Shown here: positions 13,970-28,500 of the stretch, piece by piece
Numbering within the stretch: the first letter of the stretch is position 1
How the letters are laid out: the number at the start of each line of letters is the position of its first letter
Assembly: GCA_964016885.1 (NCBI GenBank)
Contig: OZ024746.1
Span: 59,706,001 to 59,770,000, forward strand
Direction: 5' to 3'
Source: Eledone cirrhosa
Lineage: Eukaryota
Length of the DNA stretch: 64,000 bases
Notes under the pieces: generated by a model
Database searches by the model: none
What the model saw: the letters and a program-made list of their open reading frames with translations, nothing else
What the model was told of the DNA's origin: nothing
Program-made: the position numbers and the translations under genes

Positions 13970-16948
13970 TGAGAGTGAGAGGGTGACAGAGTGAGAGTAT
14001 GTGTGAGAGTGAGAGGGTGAGAGAGTGAGAGTATGTATGAAAGAGAGAGGGTGACAGAGTGAGAGCATTTATGAGAGTGAGAGGGTGACAGAGTGAGAGT
14101 ATGTATGAGAGTGAGAGGGTGACAGAGTGAGAGTATGTATGAGAGTGAGAGGGTGACAGAGTGAGAGCATGTATGAGAGTGAGAGGGTGACAGAGTGAGA
14201 GTATGTATGAGAGTGAGAGGGTGACAGAGTGAGAGTATGTATGAGAGTGAGAGGGTGACAGAGTGAGAGTATGTATGAGAGTGAGAGGGTGACAGAGTGA
14301 GAGTATGTATGAGAGTGAGAGGGTGACAGAGTGAGAGTATGTATGAGAGTGAGAGGGTGACAGAGTGAGAGTATGTATGAGAGTGAGAGGGTGACAGAGT
14401 GAGAGTATGTAGGAGAGTGAGAGGGTGACAGAGTGAGAGTATGTATGAGAGTGAGAGGGTGACAGAGTGAGAGTATGTATGAGAGTGTGAGGGTGACAGA
14501 GTGAGAGTATGTAGGAGAGTGAGAGGGTGACAGAGTGAGAGTATGTATGAGAGTGTGAGGGTGACAGAGTGAGAGTATGTATGAGAGTGAGAGGGTGACA
14601 GAGTGAGAGTATGTATGAGAGTGAGAGGGTGACAGAGTGAGAGTATGTAGGAGAGTGAGAGGGTGACAGAGTGAGAGTATGTATGAGAGTGTGAGGGTGA
14701 CAGAGTGAGAGTATGTATGAGAGTGAGAGGGTGACAGAGTGAGAGTATGTATGAGAGTGTGAGGGTGACAGAGTGAGAGTATGTATGAGAGTGAGAGGGT
14801 GACAGAGTGAGAGTATGTATGAAAGAGAGAGGATGACAGAGTGAGAGTATGTTTGAAAGAGAGAGGGTGACAGAGTGAAAGTATGTATGAGAGTGAGAGG
14901 GTGACAGAGTGAGAGTATGTAGGAGAGTGAGAGGGTGACAGAGTGAGAGTATGTATGAGAGTGTGAGGGTGACAGAGTGAGAGTATGTATGAGAGTGAGA
15001 GGGTTACAGAGTGAGAGTATGTATGAGAGTGAGAGGGTGACAGAGTGAGAGTATGTATGAGAGTGAGAGGGTGACAGAGTGAGAGTATGTAGGAGAGTGA
15101 GAGGGTGACAGAGTGAGAGTATGTAGGAGAGTGAGAGGGTGACAGAGTGAGAGTATGTATGAGAGTGTGAGGGTGACAGAGTGAGAGTATGTATGAGAGT
15201 GAGAGGGTTACAGAGTGAGAGTATGTATGAGAGTGAGAGGGTGACAGAGTGAGAGTATGTATGAGAGTGAGAGGGTGACAGAGTGAGAGTATGTATGAAA
15301 GAGAGAGGATGACAGAGTGAGAGTATGTTTGAAAGAGAGAGGGTGACAGAGTGAAAGTATGTATGAGAGTGAGAGGGTGACAGAGTGAGAGTATGTAGGA
15401 GAGTGAGAGGGTGACAGAGTGAGAGTATGTATGAGAGTGTGAGGGTGACAGAGTGAGAGTATGTATGAGAGTGTGAGGGTGACAGAGTGAGAGTATGTAT
15501 GAGAGTGTGAGGGTGACAGAGTGAGAGTATGTTTGAAAGAGAGAGGGTGACAGAGTGAGAGTATGTATGAGAGTGAGAGGGTGACAGAGTGAGAGTATGT
15601 ATGAGAGTGAGAGGGTGACAGAGTGAGAGTATGTTTGAAAGAGAGAGGGTGACAGAGTGAGAGTATGTAGGAGAGTGAGAGGGTGACAGAGTGAAAGTAT
15701 GTATGAGAGTGAGAGGGTGACAGAGTGAGAGTATGTATGAGAGTGAGAGGGTGACAGAGTGAGAGTATGTATGAGAGTGTGAGGGTGACAGAGTGAGAGT
15801 ATGTATGAGAGTGTGAGGGTGACAGAGTGAGAGTATGTATGAGAGTGAGAGGGTGACAGAGTGAGAGTATGTTTGAAAGAGAGAGGGTGACAGAGTGAGA
15901 GTATGTATGAGAGTGAGAGGGTGACAGAGTGAGAGTATGTATGAGAGTGAGAGGGTGACAGAGTGAGAGTATGTAGGAGAGTGAGAGGGTGACAGAGTGA
16001 GAGTATGTTTGAAAGAGAGAGGGTGACAGAGTGAGAGTATGTTTGAAAGAGAGAGGGTGACAGAGTGAGAGTATGTATGAGAGTAAGAGGGTGACAGAGT
16101 GAGAGTATGTAGGAGAGTGAGAGGGTGACAGAGTGAGAGTATGTAGGAGAGTGAGAGGGTGACAGAGTGCGAGTATGTATGAGAGTGAGAGGGTGACAGA
16201 GTGACAGTATGTATGAGAGTGAGAGGGTGACAGAGTGAGAGTATGTATGAGAGTGAGAGGGTGACAGAGTGAGAGTATGTTTGAAAGAGAGAGGGTGACA
16301 GAGTGAGAGTATGTATGAGAGTGAGAGGGTGACAGAGTGAGAGTATGTAGGAGAGTGAGAGGGTGACAGAGTGAGAGTATGTAGGAGAGTGAGAGGGTGA
16401 CAGAGTGAGAGTATGTAGGAGAGTGAGAGGGTGACAGAGTGAGAGTATGTATGAAAGAGAGAGGGTGACAGAGTGAGAGTATGTATGAGAGTGAGAGGGT
16501 GACAGAGTGAGAGTATGTATGAGAGTGAGAGGGTGACAGAGTGAGAGTATGTAGGAGAGTGAGAGGGTGACAGAGTGAGAGTATGTATGAAAGAGAGAGG
16601 GTGACAGAGTGAGAGTATGTAGGAGAGTGAGAGGGTGACAGAGTGAGAGTATGTAGGAGAGTGAGAGGGTGACAGAGTGAGAGTATGTATGAAAGAGAGA
16701 GGGTGACAGAGTGAGAGTATGTATGAGAGTGAGAGGGTGACAGAGTGAAAAGTATGTTTGAAAGAGAGAGGGTGACAGAGTGAGAGTATGTATGAAAGAG
16801 AGAGGGTGACAGAGTGAGAGTATGTATGAGAGTGAGAGGGTGACAGAGTGAAAAGTATGTTTGAAAGAGAGAGGGTGACAGAGTGAGAGCATGTATGAGA
16901 GTGAGAGGGTGACAGAGTGAGAGTATGTAGGAGAGTGAGAGGGTGACA
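13970..16948. repeat. 34-bp purine-rich minisatellite, roughly 87 copies
   Basis: Unit GAGAGTGAGAGGGTGACAGAGTGAGAGTATGTAT with recurring variants; explains the spurious 1172-aa ORF. Confidence 0.97.
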
Positions 16949-17174
16949 ATGTTAGAAAGTGGGATATGCCAGAGAGGTGAGAGAGTGCGAGCAAGAGAGA
17001 GATAGGAGGAAGTGAGAGTGCGAGCCTGAAAGTGAAACCAAGGGGGAGAGAGAGAGTGGTGAGATTTTGAAGAGAAAGGATGAGGGAGAGTAAAAGTAAG
17101 GGGAGAAAAGAGAGGGGGACATGAGAGAGGGGGTGAGAAGAGAATGGAAGGAGTAAGGAATTAATAGCACGAGG

Positions 17175-17395
17175 AGAGAGAAAGGGGGGTAAGTGAGAGA
17201 AAGGGGTAAGTGAGAGAAAAGGGGAGTAAGTGAGAGAAAGGGGAGTAAGTGAGAGAAAGGGGGTAAGTGAGAGAAAAGGGGAGTAAGTGAGAGAAAGGGG
17301 AGTAAGTGAGAGAAAAGGGGAGTAAGTGAGAGAAAGGGGGTAAGTGAGAGAAAGGGGAGTAAGTGAGAGAAAGGAGGGTAAGTGAGAGAAAGGGG
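17175..17395. repeat. 18-20-bp purine-rich minisatellite
   Basis: Unit ~GAGAGAAAGGGGAGTAAGT, about 11 copies. Confidence 0.9.
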
Positions 17396-17694
17396 AGATG
17401 TGTGATGAGCGAATGAGACCAAGAGAACAAGAGGACAAGAGAGGAGCAAGATAGACTGAAAGAAAGAGGGAGCCAAAAAGGGATTGTGTCAGGAATTTTT
17501 TTTTTTTGTGTGACTTTAAAATTCAAAGTTATCGATGTTTTGGCAGCGCTATTTTATGAGTCGATACGACTGTATGTAGATTTCAGACAAGCATAAACAT
17601 TAGAGATTGGTATGCGGGAACTGCAGATACCCGTCATACACGCATATTCAAACTTTGCTGCTTTTTGCACCCTCACGCGAGCATATATTTATAA

Positions 17695-17752
<58 letters not shown>

Positions 17753-17753
<1 letters not shown>

Positions 17754-19203
17754 TTTCTTTATTAGCCACAAGGGCACAAAAGAAGGGGACAAATACAAAT
17801 GGGGAGTTTACATACAGGTATATGAAAATAAAACTATTAATACAATAACAAATAACAATTGAAATCCCCAATAGGGGGGAGGTGTTACACAGGGGATGTA
17901 CACACCCCGAAAAAATGTACAACCCTCATCTCCAGGAGCACCAAGAGTGAGTACTCCCTTCCTCTCTTCCTCTTTTTCCTCAACCTACAGGTTTATATAG
18001 AGAGAAGGCCCAACCACTCGAGCCATCTTTGCCACATTCACCCACCTTTTATAAAATTTGCTGGGGTACAGCACCTCTCTCTCCATCCTGATTCTTCTTC
18101 CAAAATGATATTTGAAAAAACGAATCAGTTGTTCGCCGGAGAGAAAGGTGTCTGACCTCAGCCCTTTTAACCTCGTCCACCATATAACCTCTTTCACCAT
18201 AGCCATAACACATAGGAAAACCGCCTCTCCCTCGTTTTTGAAGGAGGGTGGCGGTTTGATCATGACAATGGACTCGGTGGTCAACTAGATTGGTCCCACC
18301 CGCGACAATAGTCGTTCTACATAGCCACACAAGTCGGTAACGCCCGGGCAGTGTGCAAATGCGTGTGCGACGGTTTCCTCGTCGCGCACGCATCTCGAAC
18401 AGATCTTTATCGAAGGGTCCCTACCCGGGCGCCCGTGTCTGTAGAGCTTGTCTAGAACTGGTAGAGCTCCTCGGTAGTACTGCCAGGCCAGGGACTTTTG
18501 GAAGTTGTCCATTGGTCCCGGGTGGAAGGTCCTACCGAACAGACTGGCCAGTTCGTCCTCCTCTACGCCTAGAGTTTCTCCGAGCGCGTCGTCGCACTTG
18601 CTGCGGACCAACCCTCTATAGAATGTCGAAGTGGAGTCTCCACTGATCGCCGGGTCCGTTTGCCAGAGAACTGTGAGCGCCTGAGCACATTCGATATGCC
18701 AGTCGCCCATTTTCCTCGGTCTTTGCTTGACCCAGGTCTGCAGCTCGGTCAGCGAAACGAGCCGTGGGAAGGCTCGCCTCACGAACGGGGCTCACACCGG
18801 TAGTCTGGTGAGGAATACGTGGAGGTGCCGCAGCCTGAGCGCGTGCTTGCGCATCGTCAGCCACGGCATCCCCAGCCCTCCGTTTGAAGGGTGTTGGCAG
18901 CAGATGGATCTTCTCACCAAAGGAGCCCGCTTCTTCCAAAGGAATTGGAAGAGCACGCGCTCCATTTTGGTGTGCGTTTTGGCTGGACAAGGCACGACGG
19001 TCAAGCGGTAGTAGATAACGGACGCTATAAAAGTGTTCGCCACCTCCGCTCGACCTTTCAAGGATGGTTTGCACTCGGCCCACTTCTGGGTGAGCGCCAA
19101 CACCTTGGCCGTCACCTCGTTCCAGTTCTTCTCCACCTGGAGGTCAGGACCAAACCAGACCCCGAGCAGCTTTACCGGTCCTTCCGTCCAGCGTCCGACG
19201 ACG
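17753..19203 (-). mobile_element. 5'-truncated Tx1-clade (L1 group) LINE, 3' part of ORF2, frameshifted
   Basis: [57 protein letters not shown]; AATAAA then (TC)n at the 3' end. Confidence 0.85.
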
Positions 19204-19243
<40 letters not shown>

Positions 19244-19281
19244 TAGATATAGATATAGATATATATATAGATATATAGATA

Positions 19282-19454
<173 letters not shown>

Positions 19455-19489
19455 TAGAAAGAGAGAGAGACAGACAGACAGACAGGAAC

Positions 19490-19698
19490 AGTTCCACAAC
19501 AGTTAGTTCACCATTACTGAGAACAATTGTTTCACCTTATTCGGATCATCAGCTCGGTTTAAAATATATCTTAAATAAGGTGAAACAATTGTTCTCGGTA
19601 ATGGTCAACTAACTGTTGTGGAACTACTTCTACCAAACTTGTCCCATGGACTGGGTGCTCTACTACTACGGATATAACCTACCAGTGTTTTACTATTA
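19490..19698. mobile_element. Fold-back hammerhead element, family D
   Basis: 19491-19541 is inverted at ~19574-19624; tail CTACGGATATAACCTACCAGTG shared with 55693-55951. Confidence 0.75.
19517..19557 (-). ncRNA. Minimal hammerhead ribozyme (family D)
   Basis: Minus: CCGAG CTGATGA TCCGAATAAGGT GAAA CAATTG TT CTCAG; palindromic stem III, GUU triplet. Confidence 0.75.
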
Positions 19699-19847
19699 TA
19701 TATAGTATAAACAAAGTTTCATACACTTGGGATTCAGTCATGGCCACCACTGTATAACGGATGAAGCACTACAAACAGATTGAGCACGGTTTTTCTTGAT
19801 CTTTCATCTACGTGTTTCTACCAACGTACTACTTTACTACTTTGACG

Positions 19848-20157
19848 CTAAACTCCGCCAGTTGCAGACTGCGCATCAACATGAGATATTTTTCTCCACA
19901 AAGTCCGATCACCAACAGCAAAGTTTAAAGAGCAAAGATCAAGTCCAGTCCATAGGTTGATATTATCAAGCCATCGTTTTGACAGCCGGCCTCTGCTTCT
20001 CTTACCAGCCAACCTTCCTTCCAGGCATAACCTACTCACACCACGAGTTGATCTTTTTATATGACTGTGTAGTTTGAGTACTCTTGGCTTGACAATTGAT
20101 GTAATTGGTGTAAGTCTGGTAATATTAAGCAGCTCACTGATATATATACTACCAACG

Positions 20158-20178
<21 letters not shown>
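19848..20178 (-). mobile_element. 3' fragment of an RTE-like LINE
   Basis: LKLHSHIKR..LEGRLAGKRSRGRLSKRWLDNI..DRTLWRK resembles an RTE-type ORF C-terminus. Confidence 0.7.
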
Positions 20179-20209
<31 letters not shown>

Positions 20210-20210
<1 letters not shown>

Positions 20211-20573
20211 TCATTTAGGTTTGTTGGTTCACCACTGGATAGAACTGGTCGTTCCGTATAGTCAACCTTGATGTAATATTAGGGAGAGCACTCGCCGTAA
20301 TGCAATTCACCCGTCATCGTTTGTGTTGTTGGTGGTGCGAGTACGGAGTTAATTATTATAAAATAACAAGAGGCTGGACTGGTGTAATTCCTTAAAGGTT
20401 TATTATACTGTGACCATTTCAATGACCGGGTTCAGTATGAATCCGGTGACATCATCAGGTATTCGAAATTTAACAAAGGAATATAATAAACACAATCCAT
20501 GGGGCTAAAAAGGCTGAGAGACAAGAGGGCGGCCAAACATTTAGCAGTTTCCAGTCCGGTTGGCCGCCCTCAA

Positions 20574-20575
<2 letters not shown>
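20210..20575 (-). mobile_element. Hammerhead element family C, single-arm copy between (TA)n tracts
   Basis: Aligns with 27331-27690; motif at 20405-20462 reads ATAC CTGATGA..GAAA TGGTCA CA GTAT (cleavage-site U replaced by C). Confidence 0.75.
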
Positions 20576-20639
<64 letters not shown>

Positions 20640-20668
20640 GTGATTACACAACAGTTACTTCACCATAC

Positions 20669-20706
20669 CAAGAACAATTGTTTCACCTTCGCAGATCTTC
20701 AGCTCC
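20669..20706 (-). ncRNA. Minimal hammerhead ribozyme (family D-related) in (TA)n-flanked segment ~20637-20992
   Basis: Minus: GGAG CTGAAGA TCTGCGAAGGT GAAA CAATTG TT CTTG. Confidence 0.7.
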
Positions 20707-21140
20707 GATGTGTATGGTTATAGGAACAGGAAGGACAACCGTACGAACGCGCGTGCGCAGAAACTCGGTCACTTCACACAGGCAATACTAGACTGCGTGC
20801 GGGAGGTGTAAGGGAGATAACTGCGAAAGTCCGGAAAATTTTTAGGTTGAAAATAAAATTTAAAAAATTAAAAATAAAATTACAAAGAATCAGTCCGGAG
20901 CCTTGTAGTTATGCAATAGATGTTTGGTGACGTGTGGACAACGTGTGAAAAATTCACTTCTCGTGTTTAGGCAATCACTATTGCGTAATCTCTTTATATA
21001 TATATATATAATTTGGGGATTGTAGCGTCCAGTTACTGCAGGTGTAGAGTGAACACCCGATGTGCAGTTTCCAGTAAGTATAGTGGTGTAGTGCTAAGCA
21101 GAGTTTAATACTCTTAGCAAATCGTACTTTTTATTATTAG

Positions 21141-21239
<99 letters not shown>

Positions 21240-21679
21240 TCGAAGCAATAAGTACGACACCTGACAATGTAATTAGAGGCGTGGATATGTTCGAGTAGAT
21301 CAAGGTAGTGTCGCAGCATGCTCACAATTTAAGAACTGAAGCCTTTAAAATATAACAATGAAAGAATATATTACCATTTTGAATGTGGAAAATACAAACA
21401 AATGGAGGACCAACTACGAAATGGGTAAATAAACATCAAACTATCTGTGTAATATATTTGACAATGGACTCTCGGTAGAAAATAGTCAATGTAATAACTA
21501 TCAGCTAAACACCTATGTATTATTTGTTAGAAAAAATACATATCTTTTATGCATATATGTATATGTATATGTATATGTGTGTGTGAGTGTGCGTGTGCGT
21601 GTGCATATATACATATATGTATATGTATATGTATATGTGCGTGTGTGTGTGAGTGTGCGTGTGCGTGTGCATATATACA

Positions 21680-21731
<52 letters not shown>

Positions 21732-21913
21732 TTATATATATACATATAATATATATTATATATATATATATGTGTGTGTGTGTGTATGTGTATATATGTA
21801 TATATATATATATATATACGTAGATATATATATACATATGCATATATCTATGTATACTCGTACACGGGTACACACAAATACACACACACACACATACATA
21901 TATATACATATAC

Positions 21914-22002
<89 letters not shown>

Positions 22003-22450
22003 CATATATACTACATATATATATAGATATTTCTTCATTTTGATGTGGGGAGTATAAGAAAAAAATATAGAATTAAAAATGTATTAAATACTGAAAAGTG
22101 TTTTTTATCCTGTTGTATTTATAGTTTTAATGGATAATTTTTATTTGGTTTTGAAAATGAAAATATATTTTTTTTATACTAAAAATATTTTAAATATTTT
22201 AATGTCAATGTGCCCCTCCTTGCGAAAGCGCGCTTTTCTTTTCGTTATCCATTATTGTGTATATAATGTGATGTCTATTACTATATATATCTGTGTGTAT
22301 GAATACATGTGTATATGTATATATGTGTATATGTATGTATATATATCTATATATATATAAATATTATATAAATATAAAAATACAAAATATAAAAATATAA
22401 AAAATATAAAAATATAAAAATATATATATATATTTATATATATATATATT

Positions 22451-22520
<70 letters not shown>

Positions 22521-22596
22521 TATATGTATATATATATGTATATATATACACATATATATATGTAGATATATATATACACATATATATATGTAGATA

Positions 22597-22671
<75 letters not shown>

Positions 22672-23799
22672 GTGTGTATGTGTGTGTGTGTGTGTTGTAT
22701 GTATGTATATTTGGATTACTGTCGTTCCAATGTATTATTTAGTCATCGATTACTTGAGTCATTTACGTCATTTATAACGATCGTCTGTTACAACATCTGC
22801 GTTTGGGATTCTCACATTTCTATATATATGTGCGTGTGTGTATGTGTGTTTGTGTATGTGTGCGTGAGTGAGTGAGTGTATGTGTGTGTGTGTGTTAGTG
22901 TGAGAGTGAGTGTGTATGAGAGAGAGGGGGGCGAGTGTGTGTGAGTGTGAGTGTGTGTGAGAGAGAGAGCGAGAGAGTGTGGGTGTTTGCGCGTGAGAGA
23001 GAGTGTGTGTGTGAGAGACAGAGAGTGTGTGTGTGTGTGTGTGAGAGAGAGAGAAAGGGGGAGAGAATTGTGTGAGAGAGAGTGTTTGTGTGTGTGTGTG
23101 AGTGTGTGTGAGAGAGAGAGCGAGTGTGTGTGTGCACGTGAGAGAGTGTGTGTGTGAGAGAGAGAGTGTGTGTGCGTTTGAGTGTGTGTGAGAGAGAGGG
23201 AGGGGGCGAGAGAATTGTGTTAGAGAGAGTGTGTGAGTGTGTGAGTGTGTGTGTGTGAGATAGAGAATGTGTGTGTGTATGCCTGTGTGTGTGTTAGATG
23301 GTATGAGGATCTTTAGTTGTTTGTATTCAATGAAACAGTTATAAAATGTATATTTAAGCTATTTGCGCAACATGAAATAACGTTTTTTACACAAGGACAG
23401 CCATTCTGTGGGGGCGCGAGGGGGAGGGGCTGGACCTTCGTTAGTTCTCACGAGGAATGTCTTATTTGACTAATATGAAATTAATAAGTATGTGTCCGAG
23501 TATTCTACAGACACGTGTACTCATATTGTAGTTCACAAGCTGATTAATCACGAGATAATGTGTGACAAGGCTAGCTCTTTTAACACACAACTCGTTTTTG
23601 TAAAATTGAGTTTGTAAAACTGAGTTGAAATTGAAGCAACTTGAAATAAAGTGTCTTGCTCAAGGATACAACGCCCCGCCTGGTCCGGAAATGAAACACA
23701 CGCCCTTATGATCGTAATCCCAACCCTCTAACTCCTAAGCCATGCACCAGCGCAGCCTAGTACAGAGTTATTATGTACTTCAGTTTTGTTATATATTAT

Positions 23800-23985
23800 A
23801 GTGTTGCAGTATTGGTAGAGGGTCTGACGCCATGCTTAGCAGCAAAGAGTTACGACCCTTTACGGTCTGAGTTCATATCCCGCCGAAGTAAACTTTGCCT
23901 TTCATCCTTACGGGGTCGATGAAATAAAGTACCAGTAATATACTGGGGTAATTGTTGACCTTGTGCCAAAAGTAGAAACAATTAT
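23800..23985 (+). mobile_element. SINE family 1 copy
   Basis: Head, core CTTTCATCCTTACGGGGTCGATGAAATAAAGTACCAG and tail as at 1159. Confidence 0.85.
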
Positions 23986-24483
23986 ATATTGCTGATTTAC
24001 TTTGTTCATGTATCTAGCTAAGGAGAAAGGCAACGCCTATCACCCGCGGCTCGTCTTAGACAGAAATCTGTGAGGTTGGTTCTCAGTGTGAACATAGCCA
24101 CGTTTGAAAAAAGAATAATATGTCGAGTGACATGTGAAGAATGTAAGGATTGTGTAAAACACTGAGTACGAAACTTTGGAAGTTAGACGCTGTAGGAATA
24201 ACAAAAGAGACAAGTACATCGGCAAGATCTGGTTGAAGGAACACAGGTTACTAGATCAAGTGGAAATGTTCAGTAAAATCAGATTATTCTTTTATTCTTT
24301 TACTGACGTAAGATTTTAGATAGCGGTCAGGCTGGGGCACCACCTTAAAGGATTTAGTCGGTCATATTGACCTCAGTGCTCGTTTCTATCGATCTCTTTT
24401 TAGTTGAACTGCTAGATCACGAAGAATAAATACACACAGAGACGTAAACATAGATACGGACACACACAGACACACACACACAC

Positions 24484-24625
<142 letters not shown>

Positions 24626-24757
24626 GAACTCTCTAGTACAACTTTAATCCTTATATCCATAACAAATATATCGAACTGACGAGCTGCAGAAATAACAATT
24701 CCCCAAGCGAAACACGCGTATTCAACAGAATAAAATCTTGTAAATTTAACCAAATTT

Positions 24758-24796
<39 letters not shown>

Positions 24797-24972
24797 ATAT
24801 ATTGTTATAATATTACCAGAAATAAAAATAGAACACACTCACTGTTTGGTTTGGGTTGGTTTTCGCTTCTGTATCTTTTATGTCTCCATACTTAATTTAT
24901 CTGGCAATCAATGTTTATCATTGATTGACCAACGGTTAAAAATACAGATATACATATTTGTATATAGTCTAT

Positions 24973-25013
24973 AAAAGTTCTTTCATCACACACCTGTGAC
25001 ATCATCAGTGGTA
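24973..25013 (-). ncRNA. Candidate degenerate hammerhead core in (TA)n-flanked segment ~24790-25052
   Basis: Minus: CTGATGA TG TCACA GGTG TGTGA T GAAA GAACTT TT; stem II pairs, stems I and III are poor. Confidence 0.45.
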
Positions 25014-25049
25014 CTATTATGTTTTCTCCCGTTGTATTGTAATGTCCAC

Positions 25050-25542
<493 letters not shown>

Positions 25543-26649
25543 TATATATATATATATATATATTCACTATGAGTTTACCGTATCCATATATACTAAGTTT
25601 CTCCTGCCTAGCATTGTTGAACTCGAGGTTAATGATAAAATATTCACTTGCCTATGGTTACATGCAATGTTATGGACACCGGAGCTTTGTATTTGTCCGA
25701 GGAATTCCTATATATTCTAGTATAAATATGTATGTTTGTGTATACATACATACTTACATTCATTCATACATACATACATACATACATACATACATACATA
25801 CATACATACATACATACATACATACATACATACATACATACATGTCATACATACATGCACACACATACATACATATGCACATGCACGCATATAACTCAAA
25901 ACATACATGCACACATACAATAAGGTCCATACCTGCACACACATGCATACATATCTACCTAGTTGTTGTGTAGATTCCAATAAGAGAGTCTTGTATCGAT
26001 GTTAGAAACCGACTCTCTGTTGGCAAAAATTTGTGAAATTATAAAACCAGAAGAACATACTTACATACATACACATACATACATACATACATACATACAT
26101 ACATACATACATACATACATACATACATACATACATACATACATACATACATACATACATACATACATACGTATATTTATGTGTGCATACATGTGGATGT
26201 GTGCATATATATGTTTGTTATGGTCAATATGCAGCAACTGTTGGTTTTTAAACAATACTATTGATTTATAAATGTTTTTCTCCCCGCTTTCTTTTTTGCA
26301 TAATCGTTAAATTCATGAACCGGGTATCCCACCCTCTGAAGTAATAATGCTCTAACATATGTTTATTTTCACGATAGATATTGAACTTATTACCGTCAAA
26401 CAAAAAAGACACACTAACACTACTTGGACCAGTGAACTATACTACAATACTACAATGTGGTATCTATATACAGCCATGTGGAGTGAACCGTTAAGAATTA
26501 GGTGTGGATTTGGGTGCATGAGAACCGAGATACGCACCAGTATACGGGCTGGTTGTTCCATTTTCTATAAAGTTCGGTGGTCGTCGGCTTTCAATGCACA
26601 AATAACATACAACATATATACAGGTATATATATAGAGATATAGATATAG

Positions 26650-26872
<223 letters not shown>

Positions 26873-26923
26873 TATATATATATATAACAGGTTATATATA
26901 TATATATATATATATATAACAGG

Positions 26924-26961
<38 letters not shown>

Positions 26962-27026
26962 CAGGTTAACATATATATATATATATATAACAGGTTATAT
27001 ATATATATATATATATATAACAGGTT

Positions 27027-27086
<60 letters not shown>

Positions 27087-27103
27087 TATATATACATACA
27101 TAT

Positions 27104-27318
27104 ATAAAACAAAGAGGGTGTGGTAAGATACCAGGTAGACCATAACGCACCAGGGTACTCGATACTTGGGGTAGTAGAGTGGGTAATATGAAAAGAATCG
27201 GGACCCCCACTGCTGAGCTTGAAGCCGTTTCAACAGCTCGATCCAGGACTGGTGGCTTTGTTTGTATCTAGTTGTCGAAATGGCCAGAGCTCAGCTGTCG
27301 GGGTCCTGACTCTTTTCA
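27104..27318. mobile_element. (TA)n-embedded fold-back element, family G
   Basis: Homologous to 44023-44203; internal inversion AAAAGAATCGGGACCCC..GCTGAGCT / AGCTCAGC..GGGGTCCTGACTCTTTT. Confidence 0.65.
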
Positions 27319-27525
27319 TATATATATATATTCAGGTTTGAGGTTCACCATTGGATAGAGCTGGTCAATTCCGTATGGTCAATCTTAATGTAATAATATG
27401 GAGAGTACTCAACGTAAAGCAGTTCAACCGTCTTTGTTTTTGTAGTTGGTGGTGCTAGTACGGAGTTAAATATTATAATAAAATGACAGGAGGCTGGACT
27501 TGTGTAAATCCTTGAAAGGTATATT

Positions 27526-27583
27526 ATACTATGATCATTTCAATGACCGGGTTCCGTATGAATCCGGTGATATCATCAGGTAT
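27526..27583 (-). ncRNA. Minimal hammerhead ribozyme (family C, left arm)
   Basis: Reverse complement of the motif at 27766-27823. Confidence 0.8.
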
Positions 27584-27765
27584 TCGAAATATAATAAATG
27601 AATGTAATAGATAAAATCCATGGGGCTGAAAATCAAAGACCGGAGGACGACCGACATCTAGCATCTTCCACTTTTGCCGGTCGCCCTCAAGATGTTGGTT
27701 GTCCTCCGGTCTTTGATTTTCAGCCCCATGGATTTTATCTATTACATTCATTTATTATATTTCGA

Positions 27766-27823
27766 ATACCTGATGATATCACCGGATTCATACGGAACCC
27801 GGTCATTGAAATGATCATAGTAT
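27766..27823 (+). ncRNA. Minimal hammerhead ribozyme (family C, right arm)
   Basis: ATAC CTGATGA [..ACCGGATTC..GAACCCGGT..] GAAA TGATCA TA GTAT. Confidence 0.8.
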
Positions 27824-27873
27824 AATAAACCTTTCAAGGATTTACACAAGTCCAGCCTCCTGTCATTTTATTA

Positions 27874-27950
<77 letters not shown>

Positions 27951-28109
27951 CAATATATTTCAGACAGAATATTATTATTATACTTGGCCATCTCAATGAA
28001 AATAATCAGAGAAGTATTTATACTTCTTAATTGTTGAATTTGTATACAGATACAATATCTGCTATTTCTAGCGTCACTACGAACCCGGTGCATTGTTCTG
28101 ATATAAGCA

Positions 28110-28231
<122 letters not shown>

Positions 28232-28249
28232 CGTGTGTGTGTGTAGGGT

Positions 28250-28500
28250 CATGGATTGGCAGTATCGGTAGAGCGTGTGTGTGTGTGTGTAAGGTCATGG
28301 ATTGGCAGTATCGGTAGAGCGTTGAACATGCTGTACGGTATGGAATTCAAATCCCGCCGAGGTTAACTTTGCCATTCATCCTTACGGAGTCGATAAAATA
28401 AAGTACCAGTGATGCACTGGGCCGATTTTGTCGACTTTCCCTTCCTGCCCTCACATCTCCCCTAAAAAAATGTTTGGCCTTGTGCGTAAATCGGAAACCA
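28250..28500 (+). mobile_element. SINE family 1 copy with duplicated head
   Basis: GGTCATGGATTGGCAGTATCGGTAGAGCG occurs twice, then core and tail. Confidence 0.8.

Larger units (their letters stand above)
27331..27880. mobile_element. Fold-back hammerhead element, family C
   Basis: Arms ~27469-27659 and ~27690-27880 nearly identical; unique tail 27331-27468; (TA)n on both sides. Confidence 0.85.

Noticed and set aside
13970-16948. CRISPR-like array (34-bp periodicity)
   Set aside because: Units are contiguous with no unique spacers; eukaryotic context; no cas genes.
13920-17438. 1172-aa ORF
   Set aside because: Translation of a stop-free 34-bp minisatellite and adjacent purine-rich repeats.
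27469-27880. Palindromes as TIR DNA transposons (MITEs) or assembly fold-back artefacts
   Set aside because: Arms are asymmetric (unique 3' tail), vary in length among copies of one family, differ by substitutions, and recur with ribozyme cores. An artefact is not fully excluded without reads.
27975-28015. Minus-strand CTGATTA..GAGA TGGCCA relic; similar relic near 1075-1095
   Set aside because: Too many core mismatches to distinguish from chance in AT-rich DNA.
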